A stretch of DNA of 32,000 bases from Geotalea daltonii FRC-32 (GTDB lineage Bacteria; Desulfobacterota; Desulfuromonadia; Geobacterales; Geobacteraceae). The notes under the pieces are model-generated. The model saw nothing but the letters and a program-made list of their open reading frames with translations, did not search any database and was not told the DNA's origin. Where the stretch lies: assembly GCF_000022265.1 (NCBI RefSeq), contig NC_011979.1, positions 1,170,001 to 1,202,000 on the forward strand, written 5' to 3'. Below are positions 24,703-32,000 of the stretch, piece after piece. The stretch's first letter is position 1, and every line of letters starts with the position of its first letter. Both the position numbers and the translations under genes were made by a program.

Positions 24703-24731
24703 TTGACACCTTTTTGTATACGATGATATTA
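24703..24731 (+). promoter_or_regulatory. Putative sigma70 promoter for the quinone reductase gene (TTGACA-N17-ATATTA)
   Basis: TTGACA at 24703-24708 and ATATTA at 24726-24731, in an AT-rich divergent spacer. Confidence 0.45.
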
Positions 24732-24798
24732 AAAAACATTTTTACCATCAGGCAAGGTATTGCAGAAGATTTTATAAAATAAAATTTCGGAGGAATTT

Positions 24799-25788
24799 AT
24801 GAAAGCTGTATTGCTGGAAGGTTTCGGTGGCGCCGAGGTGCTCAAGGTGGGTGAGGTGGATAAACCCACACCAAAGGAAAACGAGGTGCTGGTCAAGGTC
24901 ATGGCCACTTCCATCAATCGTCCCGACCTGGTGCAGCGGGAAGGCAAATACCCACCTCCGCCGGGTGATTCGGAAATTCTCGGTCTGGAAGTTTCTGGCA
25001 TTATCGAAGCCCTGGGGCCGAACGTTGCCGGCTGGAAAGTGGGAGATCGGGTCATGTCATTGGTTGGTGGCGGCGGTTATGCCGAGTATGCAGTGGCCTA
25101 TGCCAATCACCTGATGCCGATCCCTGAATCCATGACCTTTGAAGAGGCAGCCTGCGTCTGCGAATCTTACATTACGGCTTTTCTCAATATTTTCATGCTG
25201 GGCGAATTCAAAGATGGTCAGACTGCCATTCTCCATGGCGGCGGTGGCGGCGTCAACACGGCGGGCATCCAGCTTTGCCGGGCACTGGCCCCAACTTCCA
25301 GGCTCATCGTCACCGCTTCTCCGGAGAAAATGGAGCGGGTCAAGGCGGTTGGCGCCGACCTGCTGATCAATTTCCGCGAGACTCCGGATTTCAGCGAGAT
25401 CGTCAAGGAGTACACCAGCAAGAAAGGGGTCGATCTGGTCCTGGATCACATTGGCGCCAAGTATCTGGCCCCCAACATGAACTCCCTGGCTTACAAGGGA
25501 AAGTTGGTTATTATCGGCGTCACCAGCGGCATCAAGGCTGAGCTCAACCTGGCGCTGATGATGGTTAAAAGGCAGCAGATCATCGGTTCGGTGCTCCGTT
25601 CCCGGCCGGTGAGTGAAAAAGGGGAGATCGTCGCCGAATTTACCAGAAGGGCGCTGCCGAAATTCGCAGACCGGACCATTATTCCGATTATCGAGAAGGT
25701 CTTTACCATTGACCAGGTGGCGGATGCCCACCTGATGATGGAAGAGGACAAGCATTTCGGCAAGATTGTGCTGAAAATCGGAGCCTGA
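24799..25788 (+). CDS. NAD(P)H:quinone oxidoreductase, PIG3/zeta-crystallin family (MDR superfamily)
   Basis: MKAVLLEGFGGAEVLKVGEVDKPTPKENEVLVKVMATSINRPDLVQREGKYPPPPGDSEILGLEVSG is the family N-terminus. GGGGGV nucleotide-binding loop. Confidence 0.85.
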   Translation: MKAVLLEGFGGAEVLKVGEVDKPTPKENEVLVKVMATSINRPDLVQREGKYPPPPGDSEILGLEVSGIIEALGPNVAGWKVGDRVMSLVGGGGYAEYAVAYANHLMPIPESMTFEEAACVCESYITAFLNIFMLGEFKDGQTAILHGGGGGVNTAGIQLCRALAPTSRLIVTASPEKMERVKAVGADLLINFRETPDFSEIVKEYTSKKGVDLVLDHIGAKYLAPNMNSLAYKGKLVIIGVTSGIKAELNLALMMVKRQQIIGSVLRSRPVSEKGEIVAEFTRRALPKFADRTIIPIIEKVFTIDQVADAHLMMEEDKHFGKIVLKIGA

Positions 25789-25826
25789 CCTGCCAGAAAT
25801 TCAGACCTGTGTTGAGGATATCTACC

Positions 25827-26483
25827 ATGGAAGCAATTAAAACCTTCTGCATTACTATGGCAGCGGCGCTTTCCTTTGTCCTGTCTGTGCCGCTTCATGC
25901 TGCCGAAGTCAAGGTTCTCGACGACCTGGACAAGACTATCCATGCCGATGCTATAAAAGATCGTTGTTCTCGCTATCAGCAGGCTTCACTGGCACTGCAG
26001 AAATCACTTGACGAGCTGAACACCGATGAAGAAATATCAAGCATCTTCAGGATTAACAAAGTTTTGGCACAGGTGGCACAGAGCGAAAAAATGATGGCCA
26101 GGACAAGCGAGGAACTGGCAGAACTGAATGGTTATCTGACGGTAAATAAAGAAAAGCTGGTTACGAATGGGCTGGAGATGTTCCTTCCGCTGGCTAAGTT
26201 GAATGATGTTGGCTACAAGGGGTATGAAGAGGCTCTAAAAGCATATCTTGCAGCCTTTAACGATATGCTGGAATACTCAAAGTCCAATATGCCTGCCCTC
26301 AGAGTTGGAAGAAAGGCTGAAATGGATGCTTACGACAACTTGTACAGTAGGTATGTGGCGGCGACCGATCGCCAGGGAGAGGCTTACACCCGATGGAGCC
26401 AGTTTCTGCTTGATTTCTTCCAGGAGTATCCGTTGCTCCGGCCCTATCTGGAACAAAAACCCAAGAAAGAGGAGATGTCATGA
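25827..26483 (+). CDS. Secreted alpha-helical protein of unknown function
   Basis: SD GAGGA lies 8 nt before ATG 25827. Signal peptide [25 protein letters not shown]. Its stop overlaps the ychJ start (ATGA at 26480-26483). Confidence 0.65.
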   Translation: MEAIKTFCITMAAALSFVLSVPLHAAEVKVLDDLDKTIHADAIKDRCSRYQQASLALQKSLDELNTDEEISSIFRINKVLAQVAQSEKMMARTSEELAELNGYLTVNKEKLVTNGLEMFLPLAKLNDVGYKGYEEALKAYLAAFNDMLEYSKSNMPALRVGRKAEMDAYDNLYSRYVAATDRQGEAYTRWSQFLLDFFQEYPLLRPYLEQKPKKEEMS

Positions 26484-26962
26484 ACAGTTGTCCCTGCGGA
26501 TCGGGCAGCACCTATGAAACTTGCTGCCAACCGCTGATCAATGGCGCCAGCCAGGCGGAGACGGCAGAACAGTTGATGCGGTCCCGCTATTCGGCCTATG
26601 TGAAGGTGGAAACAGATTACATCCTGGAAACGACCCATCCTGAGCACCGGCAGAATTTTGACCCCGAAGGAACCAAGCAGTGGGCGGAACAATCTGTCTG
26701 GGATGGCCTGGAAATCGTTTCAACCGAAAAAGGGGGGGCTGCTGACACTGATGGGACGGTGGAATTCATTGCCCGCTTTCGTGAGAAAGGTGTGAGAAAG
26801 ACCCATCACGAGCTGGCAGAGTTCAAAAAGGATGCTGGGCGCTGGTTTTTTACCGACGGCTCGGCCGTACCAGCCAGACCCCTGGTCAGCAGCAAGGTGG
26901 GACGCAATGATCCCTGCCCCTGCGGCAGCGGCCAGAAATACAAGAAGTGCTGCGGCAAATAA
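26480..26962 (+). CDS. ychJ: YchJ-family protein with N- and C-terminal SEC-C zinc motifs
   Basis: [19 protein letters not shown]...RSRYSAYV and C-terminal [17 protein letters not shown]. Confidence 0.85.
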   Translation: MNSCPCGSGSTYETCCQPLINGASQAETAEQLMRSRYSAYVKVETDYILETTHPEHRQNFDPEGTKQWAEQSVWDGLEIVSTEKGGAADTDGTVEFIARFREKGVRKTHHELAEFKKDAGRWFFTDGSAVPARPLVSSKVGRNDPCPCGSGQKYKKCCGK

Positions 26963-26991
26963 ATAACAGATCTTACCATGGCTCCATTACT

Positions 26992-27019
26992 AACCCCGTC
27001 CTTGTAACGGGGTTTTTAT
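26992..27019 (+). terminator. Rho-independent terminator after ychJ
   Basis: aaccccgt-ccttgta-acggggtt followed by a T-run (tttttatt). Confidence 0.75.
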
Positions 27020-27033
27020 TGTTATGTCATCAA

Positions 27034-27062
27034 CTGGCAATGCTTGATGGGTGAGATACAAT
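27034..27062 (+). promoter_or_regulatory. Putative sigma70 promoter CTGGCA-N17-TACAAT for the SDR gene
   Basis: CTGGCA at 27034-27039 and TACAAT at 27057-27062. SD AGGAGG precedes ATG 27097. Confidence 0.45.
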
Positions 27063-27096
27063 ATCTTTCGTCAGCGGCACTTGTCAGGAGGTAGCA

Positions 27097-27978
27097 ATGA
27101 ATATATTTGTCAGCGGCGGTACGGGATTTGTCGGCGGGCATTTGAGGAAAGCATTGTTGGAAAGAGGGCATCATCTCAAGCTCCTGGTTCACAGGCCCAG
27201 TGGCAGCTATGAGCCGGGGGTAGAGCAGGTGGAGGGGGATGTGACCCGGCCGGAGACCTTTGTCCGGCATTTTGCCGGATGCGATGCCGTCATCAACCTG
27301 GTAGGGATCATTCGCGAGTTTCCTTCGCGGGGTGTAACCTTTCAACGACTGCACGTGGAAGCTACCAGAAATCAGGTGGAGGCGGCGAAGCAGGCAGGAA
27401 TCAAACGGTACCTGCAGATGTCGGCGCTGGGGACCAGAGACGGGGCAACCTCCAGGTATCACCGGACCAAGTACCAGGCCGAGCAATTTGTGCGGGACTC
27501 CCAACTTGATTACACTATCTTTCGGCCGTCGATCGTCTTTGGCCCGAAGGATGATTTCATCAACAAGCTGGCCGGGATGATCAGGACTCTCCCGGCGGTG
27601 CCGGTCATCGGTGACGGCAAATATCGACTGCAACCAATTGCCGGAGACGATGTGGCGCGCTGTTTTGCCATGGCACTGGAGATGCCGGAGACTATCGGCA
27701 AGACCTATGATTTGTGCGGCAGCACCCGCCTCAGCTATAACGATCTGCTTGATTGCATCGGTCGAGCCCTCGGCAAATCCCACGTAAGCAAGATTCCCAA
27801 CCCGCTGGTGCTGATGAAACTGGTAGTTCCCCTTTTCCAGAATATTCCAGCCTTTCCCATCACCATGGACCAGCTGCTCATGCTCATTGAAGAAAACATT
27901 TGCGACGGGGCCTGGCGTGACACGTTCGGGTTCGAACCCCAGGACTTCGACACTGGCATCCGCGGCTATCTGCAGTGA
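27097..27978 (+). CDS. NAD(P)-binding atypical SDR, complex I NDUFA9-like / NmrA-like family
   Basis: MNIFVSGGTGFVGGHL Rossmann motif, YHRTK (YxxxK) and RPSIVFGP segments. 293 aa. Confidence 0.8.
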   Translation: MNIFVSGGTGFVGGHLRKALLERGHHLKLLVHRPSGSYEPGVEQVEGDVTRPETFVRHFAGCDAVINLVGIIREFPSRGVTFQRLHVEATRNQVEAAKQAGIKRYLQMSALGTRDGATSRYHRTKYQAEQFVRDSQLDYTIFRPSIVFGPKDDFINKLAGMIRTLPAVPVIGDGKYRLQPIAGDDVARCFAMALEMPETIGKTYDLCGSTRLSYNDLLDCIGRALGKSHVSKIPNPLVLMKLVVPLFQNIPAFPITMDQLLMLIEENICDGAWRDTFGFEPQDFDTGIRGYLQ

Positions 27979-28011
27979 AAACAGCTTTGATAATCCGAGA
28001 AGAAGTTTTGA

Positions 28012-28040
28012 TTGACAATAGATGATGTTGACTGTATTTC
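28012..28040 (+). promoter_or_regulatory. Putative sigma70 promoter (TTGACA-N17-TATTTC) driving the riboswitch leader, with flanking TTGATTGAC direct repeats
   Basis: TTGACA at 28012-28017 and TATTTC at 28035-28040. TTGATTGAC occurs at 28008-28016 and again at 28046-28054. Confidence 0.4.
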
Positions 28041-28048
28041 ATTAATTG

Positions 28049-28135
28049 ATTGACGAAAAGGCAAAGCACGGGTAATCGTGTGACGCAAAGCTACCTGTCC
28101 AGAAGCCTGGAAAGAGGGGCCGCCGAAGGGTCGAT
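28049..28135 (+). promoter_or_regulatory. GEMM-I class cyclic-dinucleotide (c-di-GMP-I type) riboswitch aptamer
   Basis: Diagnostic GGCAAA (28060-28065). Hairpin GCACG-ggtaat-CGTGT (28066-28081). Junction GACGCAAAGC (28082-28091). Second hairpin CCAG-aagc-CTGG (28099-28110) inside CCU...AGG. Closing helix ATTGAC (28049-28054) pairs with GTCGAT (28130-28135). Compared by eye with the Vc2 GEMM-I sequence. Confidence 0.7.
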
Positions 28136-28137
28136 GA

Positions 28138-28173
28138 GAACAGCCCACCCTCTCGGAAATGGGCTGTTTTTTT
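28138..28173 (+). terminator. Intrinsic terminator acting as the riboswitch expression platform
   Basis: ACAGCCCA (28140-28147) pairs with TGGGCTGT (28160-28167), followed by a T7 run to 28173. CCCTCT in the loop (28148-28153) is complementary to AGAGGG in the aptamer 3' half (28113-28118). Confidence 0.75.
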
Positions 28174-28291
28174 ATCTGGCGTGACTTGTCCGCGCTGCTG
28201 CCGGCGAAATGTTACATTTGATGAAAAGGCGACAGTTTTCACCATCTTCGGCCAGGACGTAAAAATTGGCCATAGCGGTACGGGAGGTATC

Positions 28292-29284
28292 ATGGGCGCA
28301 GTATCGAGAAATCTGGTTCTGGTTTTATTGGCATGGCTGATGCTCGTTGGAGTATGTCTCGGCAAGCAGGTCTATCTCAAGGATGGAAGTATTATCGATT
28401 GCGAATCATCCTGGCGGAGGGGAAATCAGGTTATCGTCAAGGTAAACCGGGACGTTGTACTGGATTTCGAGCGAAACGAGGTGGATCTGAAGCGTACTTT
28501 CCCGGAGACCAGGAAAAAGCCTAAACAGATCAAAAGAAAAAATATCGCCCACGCTGCTGTGCCACCCAGCGCTGTGAATCAGGCAGCAGCAGCTGCTGCA
28601 CCTCCTGCCGCAGCTGCTGCACAGCCCCCTGTATCCGCTCCTGCGCCAGCCTTGAAACAGGCCCAGCCTGTGGCTGCCACAGTACCTGCCCCCAGTCCGG
28701 TCCCGGCTACGGCTACTGCTACTGCTACTGCCCCTGCCCCTGTCCCTGCATCGCCGGTGCAGCCGGAAGCGACTCAACCAGCCCCGGCAGATCCTGCTTC
28801 ACCCCCTGATAAGGCGGAGCAAGAACGAAAGATGAAGGAAGCCGCTGAAATGATGGCTGAGGCAATCAAGAAGCAGGACCCTGAATTGTTGAAAAAGGCA
28901 GTCGAGGCGCAGAAAAACGCTGTGCCGCCGGAGCAAAGGGCGCAATCAAGGGGCCTGAGCATCAAGATACTGTTGTTTCTACTTGTGTTTACCCTGCTGA
29001 TCGTTATTTCCATGTGGGTGGTTTATGAAAAAGCAGGTCAACCGGGCTGGCACAGTATCATCCCCATTTACAACATGTATGTGCTGATGGAAATATCAGG
29101 CAAGCCTTGGTGGTGGATGTTTCTTCTCTTTATTCCCGTGGTAGGCTTCATCATCTACCTGCTGGCCATGCTTTCGTTGGCCCAAAGATTTGGCAGAGGT
29201 GTCGTGTATGGCCTGGGGCTGTTCTTTTTGCCCATGTTCTTCTTCCCGATGCTCGCCTTTGGCGGTGCGCAGTATGAAGGGTAA
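28292..29284 (+). CDS. Membrane protein: signal peptide, small beta domain, Pro/Ala-rich linker, C-terminal DUF5684-type multi-TM domain
   Basis: SD GGGAGG then ATG 28292 and signal peptide MGAVSRNLVLVLLAWLMLVGVCLG. PA-rich low complexity (AAAAAPPAAAAAQPP...ATATATATAPAPVPA). The C-terminus WVVYEKAGQPGWHSIIPIYNMYVLMEISGKPWWWMFLLFIP is the DUF5684 signature as I recall it. Confidence 0.8.
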   Translation: MGAVSRNLVLVLLAWLMLVGVCLGKQVYLKDGSIIDCESSWRRGNQVIVKVNRDVVLDFERNEVDLKRTFPETRKKPKQIKRKNIAHAAVPPSAVNQAAAAAAPPAAAAAQPPVSAPAPALKQAQPVAATVPAPSPVPATATATATAPAPVPASPVQPEATQPAPADPASPPDKAEQERKMKEAAEMMAEAIKKQDPELLKKAVEAQKNAVPPEQRAQSRGLSIKILLFLLVFTLLIVISMWVVYEKAGQPGWHSIIPIYNMYVLMEISGKPWWWMFLLFIPVVGFIIYLLAMLSLAQRFGRGVVYGLGLFFLPMFFFPMLAFGGAQYEG

Positions 29285-29296
29285 AGGGACTGCTGG

Positions 29297-29330
29297 CTCC
29301 AGGACCTAGGCAAGTCACTGCGGCCTGGAG
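29297..29330. terminator. Hairpin between convergent genes (weak terminator candidate)
   Basis: ctccagg-N20-cctggag. The loop is large and there is no T-run. Confidence 0.25.
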
Positions 29331-29360
29331 GGGAGAAGTTGTCGAACTGGATATTTATGA

Positions 29361-30794
29361 TTACAGATAAGGTGAAGCCAGCTTCGCCACGGCGTCACGA
29401 ATCTTTACCGGCAGGCTTCTGCCGTCAACCTCTGCCAGGGTGATTTCCTGGGAGGCGGCCACTGTCCTGTCGAACCTACCCGAAAGTTGTCTTGCCAACT
29501 CTCTGTCATAGACCTCCAGGTTGAGCTCGAAATTCAATCTCAGGCTGCGCGGGTCCAGGTTGGCTGAGCCGACGAGGCTCCAGATATCGTCCACCAGGAG
29601 CAGCTTGGTATGGACGAATGGTGGAGGCTGGTAGTAGACCCTGATGTCGTGCTGCAGGAGTTCCCACAGGTAGGCCCGGGTAGCCCAATGGACGAAGGGA
29701 AGGTTGTTTAGCGCCGGCAGCACCAGTGACACCTGCACGCCACGCAGAGAAGTGGTGATGAGGGCGGAGATCAGCGGCCGGTCCGGTATGAAATAGGGGG
29801 TCATGATCCGCACCTTGTCACGGGCGCAGGACAGGGCTCCCATGATGATCCAGTTCAGCTTTCTGAATTCCTTGTCCGGTCCGTCGCTTACGGCCCTGAC
29901 AATGGCATCGCCTGCCGCCGGAATGGCGGGAAAGAACCTTTCATCGTTGATCAGGTTTCCGGTGACGAAGAACCAGTCCTCGAGAAAAGTCCGCTGCAGA
30001 TCGTTTACCACCTGTCCCTCCACCATGAAATGCATATCCTTGACGATGGCGGGGCCGCCGACCCTTTCCGTAACATGCCGGTCGCCGATATTCATGCCGC
30101 CGGTGAAGCCTTTCTTGCCGTCTACCACCAGAATCTTTCGGTGATTGCGCAGGTTGACATAGCCCCCTTGACGCAATGGGAGGAATCTGCCCACTTTTAC
30201 CTTTGAACCTTTCAGTAGTTTACGTGCCGTGGGGCGCGAGTATTTCTCCCCAAGACTGTCGATAATGACCCGCACCTCGACCCCTCGCTCCGCTGCATCG
30301 GTCAGTGCCGCAACGAATCTCCGGCCGGTGGCGTCGCCATCGAAGATATAGGTACTCAGGTTGATGGTGCTGGTGGCGCTGTTGATTGCTTCCAGCATGG
30401 CTGGGTAGGCGCCTTCGGCATTTTCCAGTGGAGTGAGCCGATTTGCCGGCAAAAGATCGGCTATTACGACGCGGTCGGCCAAGGAGCGCAGTTCCTGCAG
30501 ATGTTCAGTGCCTGGGGGAAGGGAACAGGCTTTCTGCTGTTTTCTGACCAGAGAGAAATTCCCCCATCCCGCCAGTCTCTGTCCGCTTTCCAGCCATTGA
30601 CGCGCTCTCCGCGAGATGCGATTGATGCCCATGCTCCAGTAAAGGAGCGGCCCGAAGAGAGGTAAGGTGAGGCAGACGACGATCCAGCCCAGGGCAGATC
30701 GCGGGTCACGTTTCAAAAGCAGGGCGTGACCCGCGGAAATCAGCCCCAGCGCGGCGAGCGAGCTAAAAAGAAGACCAACCAGAACGTGATCCAA
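29361..30794 (-). CDS. cls: Cardiolipin synthase (PLD superfamily)
   Basis: Two N-terminal TM segments. Two HKD motifs (HRKILVVDGKKGFTGGMNIGD, HTKLLLVDDIWSLVGSANLD). TTG start at 30794 is preceded by a strong SD GAAGGAGGGG. Confidence 0.9.
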   Translation of the reverse strand: MDHVLVGLLFSSLAALGLISAGHALLLKRDPRSALGWIVVCLTLPLFGPLLYWSMGINRISRRARQWLESGQRLAGWGNFSLVRKQQKACSLPPGTEHLQELRSLADRVVIADLLPANRLTPLENAEGAYPAMLEAINSATSTINLSTYIFDGDATGRRFVAALTDAAERGVEVRVIIDSLGEKYSRPTARKLLKGSKVKVGRFLPLRQGGYVNLRNHRKILVVDGKKGFTGGMNIGDRHVTERVGGPAIVKDMHFMVEGQVVNDLQRTFLEDWFFVTGNLINDERFFPAIPAAGDAIVRAVSDGPDKEFRKLNWIIMGALSCARDKVRIMTPYFIPDRPLISALITTSLRGVQVSLVLPALNNLPFVHWATRAYLWELLQHDIRVYYQPPPFVHTKLLLVDDIWSLVGSANLDPRSLRLNFELNLEVYDRELARQLSGRFDRTVAASQEITLAEVDGRSLPVKIRDAVAKLASPYL

Positions 30795-30834
30795 TACCCC
30801 TCCTTCAAATCAAGAACATATCATGGAAGCCCTG

Positions 30835-31392
30835 CTAAAGCAGGTTGTATGGCGAAGCTCTCTTTACCCATTCGCTGGCCGGATATTCGGCGGCAAGACG
30901 CTGGTAGGTCTCTTTCAGGTTTCCGGCATTGTGGCTTGTCTTGTAACGGCTGACACCTGTCAGGTACAGGGCTTCCGGAGCTGCGCCACTGTTCCTGTGG
31001 CTTGAAAGGACCTCATTGAAGCGGAGAATGGCATCGTTGTAATCCCCGTTGTCGAAGTCGGCCTTGCCGAGGCCGAGAAGCAGGGACGGGACCAGTTCCT
31101 CCGGTGGGAGGAAACCTATGGTGCGCTGATGCTCCTTGCCGTAAAGATCTAGAACGACGATGGTCGGCGTCCAGCCCACCCGGAAATCCTTGGCCACCTG
31201 CCCGTCGGCAGGTACTTGCAGGGGAATCATCCGTGATGTGACAAAATCGATGACATTGCTATTGGGATACGAAACCGCACCCATCTGTTTGCAGCCTATT
31301 CAGCCAGGGCTGAAGAAATCCAGCAGAACGCATTTCTTTTCAGCCTGCCCGCGGGCGAGGGCCTTGTTGATGTCGCTTTCCCATTGGATCAT
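30835..31392 (-). CDS. Thioredoxin-fold (Thioredoxin_7-like) protein with TPR-like C-terminus; predicted selenoprotein with in-frame TGA (Sec) at 31302..31300, redox motif U-I-G-C
   Basis: ORFs 31300..31497 and 30835..31284 are in frame and separated only by TGA plus five sense codons. The junction reads LLDFFSPG-U-IGCKQM. SD GGGAGG lies 7 nt before ATG 31392. A SECIS-like hairpin sits downstream. Confidence 0.7.
31263..31283 (-). promoter_or_regulatory. Candidate bacterial SECIS hairpin
   Basis: The minus strand reads UGGGUGCG-GUUU-CGUA(U)CCCA: 8 bp with one bulged U. The loop starts 27 nt from the U of UGA and begins with G-U. Confidence 0.5.
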
Positions 31393-31699
31393 GGCGGGAC
31401 CTCCCGATATTTGGTGAACTATCTTTAAAAGGTTAACGTCAGTCAAGGTGATGTCAAGAAATGTCTCTGCAGCCTTGCAGTTTTGCAGGGAATGCATATA
31501 ATGACAGTTCGCTTTTCAACTAACAGTGCTTCGAAAAACTTCTGCCTGGCCGATCTGCTGTGTTGCCGTTCGCTCGGGAACTCAACATGCATCAGGTACG
31601 GTTTCGTCTCCTCGCTCACTTGAGCCTTGCATATGGGCACCTGTAGGCACTGTGGGTTCTCATCACGTTTTTTCAAATCCTGTAATACATTACGGAGTC

Positions 31700-32000
31700 A
31701 TGGTGTCCAGCTCAAATCCACGTAGTGCCGCTTTTGAAATTCTGCTGCGCATCGACAAGGAACGATCCTATGCCGATATCCTAATCGACCGGGAGTTGTC
31801 AGCAGGAGCTCTGCAGGGCCCCGACCGGGGGCTGCTTACCGAGCTGGTATATGGGGTGCTTCGACGCCAGGCTACCCTCGACCATATCATCAGGCGTTTT
31901 TCGAGCCAAAGGCTGGAGCGGCTGGAACGGTCAGTGCTGCTGCTTCTGCGCATAGGCCTTTATCAGATGTTTTACCTGGACCGGGTGCCCGTTTCAGCAG
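31700..32000 (+). CDS. rsmB: 16S rRNA (cytosine967-C5)-methyltransferase RsmB, N-terminal NusB-like domain; 3' end outside the window
   Basis: Open frame from ATG 31700 to the window edge, so it is absent from the ORF track. MVSSSNPRSAAFEILLRIDKERSYADILIDREL...LTELVYGVLRRQATLDHII is the RsmB/Sun N-terminus. Confidence 0.8.
   Translation, partial: MVSSSNPRSAAFEILLRIDKERSYADILIDRELSAGALQGPDRGLLTELVYGVLRRQATLDHIIRRFSSQRLERLERSVLLLLRIGLYQMFYLDRVPVSA

Noticed and set aside
28049-28135. Calling the riboswitch a 3',3'-cGAMP-specific GEMM-Ib, as described for several Geobacter GEMM-I elements.
   Set aside because: In my by-eye alignment the position equivalent to Vc2 G20 is G, not A. The alignment is not reliable enough to call either way, so only the class (GEMM-I) is asserted.
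31443-31676. 77-aa minus-strand ORF in the rsmB upstream spacer, and ORF 31300..31497 as an independent 65-aa gene.
   Set aside because: The first has no SD and no motif. The second is better explained as the N-terminal part of the Sec-containing thioredoxin-fold gene, with its real start at ATG 31392 (strong SD).
1-32000. Search for CRISPR arrays, transposases, integrases, phage genes, toxin-antitoxin pairs, DGR/retron reverse transcriptases, and rRNA/tRNA genes.
   Set aside because: I found no regularly spaced direct repeats, no recombinase- or RT-like ORFs, and no rRNA/tRNA signatures. Composition is uniform apart from short AT-rich promoter spacers, so the window reads as core chromosome rather than an accessory island.

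Overview
High-GC (about 58%) chromosomal segment. Its gene content (IOR/PaaK, TRAP transporter, di-haem c-type protein, HD-GYP, GEMM-I riboswitch, UxxC selenoprotein) resembles a Geobacter-type Desulfuromonadales genome; that assignment is inference only. I support about 30 CDSs. On the plus strand: a 5'-truncated M23 peptidase, iorA-iorB-paaK plus a three-gene TRAP transporter, sfsA and a di-haem CCP/MauG-like protein. A beta-lactamase-fold hydrolase follows on the minus strand, then a second M23 peptidase on the plus strand. A long minus-strand block runs hemH, a 60-aa Zn-ribbon ORF, a CbbQ/NorQ-type AAA+ ATPase, a GspG-like pseudopilin, an HD-GYP sensor, a cNMP-binding protein and a 648-aa TraB/GumN-like unknown. 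After that come a cyclase/formamidase, an RluA-family synthase, a NUDIX hydrolase, dodecin, an FKBP PPIase, a rubrerythrin-like protein, a PIG3-type quinone reductase, a secreted helical protein, ychJ, an NDUFA9-like SDR, a DUF5684 membrane protein, cls, a thioredoxin-fold protein and the 5' end of rsmB. I saw no transposase, integrase, CRISPR array, rRNA or tRNA, and the window does not look like a mobile or defence island. I cannot point to a clear-cut new multi-gene system. The signals that plain ORF calling misses are: (1) two adjacent minus-strand ORFs that form one UxxC selenoprotein gene, with an in-frame TGA and a SECIS-like hairpin. (2) A GEMM-I (cyclic-dinucleotide) riboswitch with an intrinsic terminator in front of the DUF5684 gene. 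(3) A hemH / Zn-ribbon / AAA+ module joined by an (AGGGTGA)x3 repeat that places a stop and a GTG in all three frames. (4) Two identical CATCCGG-N5-CCGGATG palindromes. (5) A 40-nt near-perfect palindrome over the ior promoter, whose arm sequence recurs inside a 120-nt imperfect hairpin upstream of the 648-aa gene. All domain calls are by-eye motif recognition; no database search was possible.
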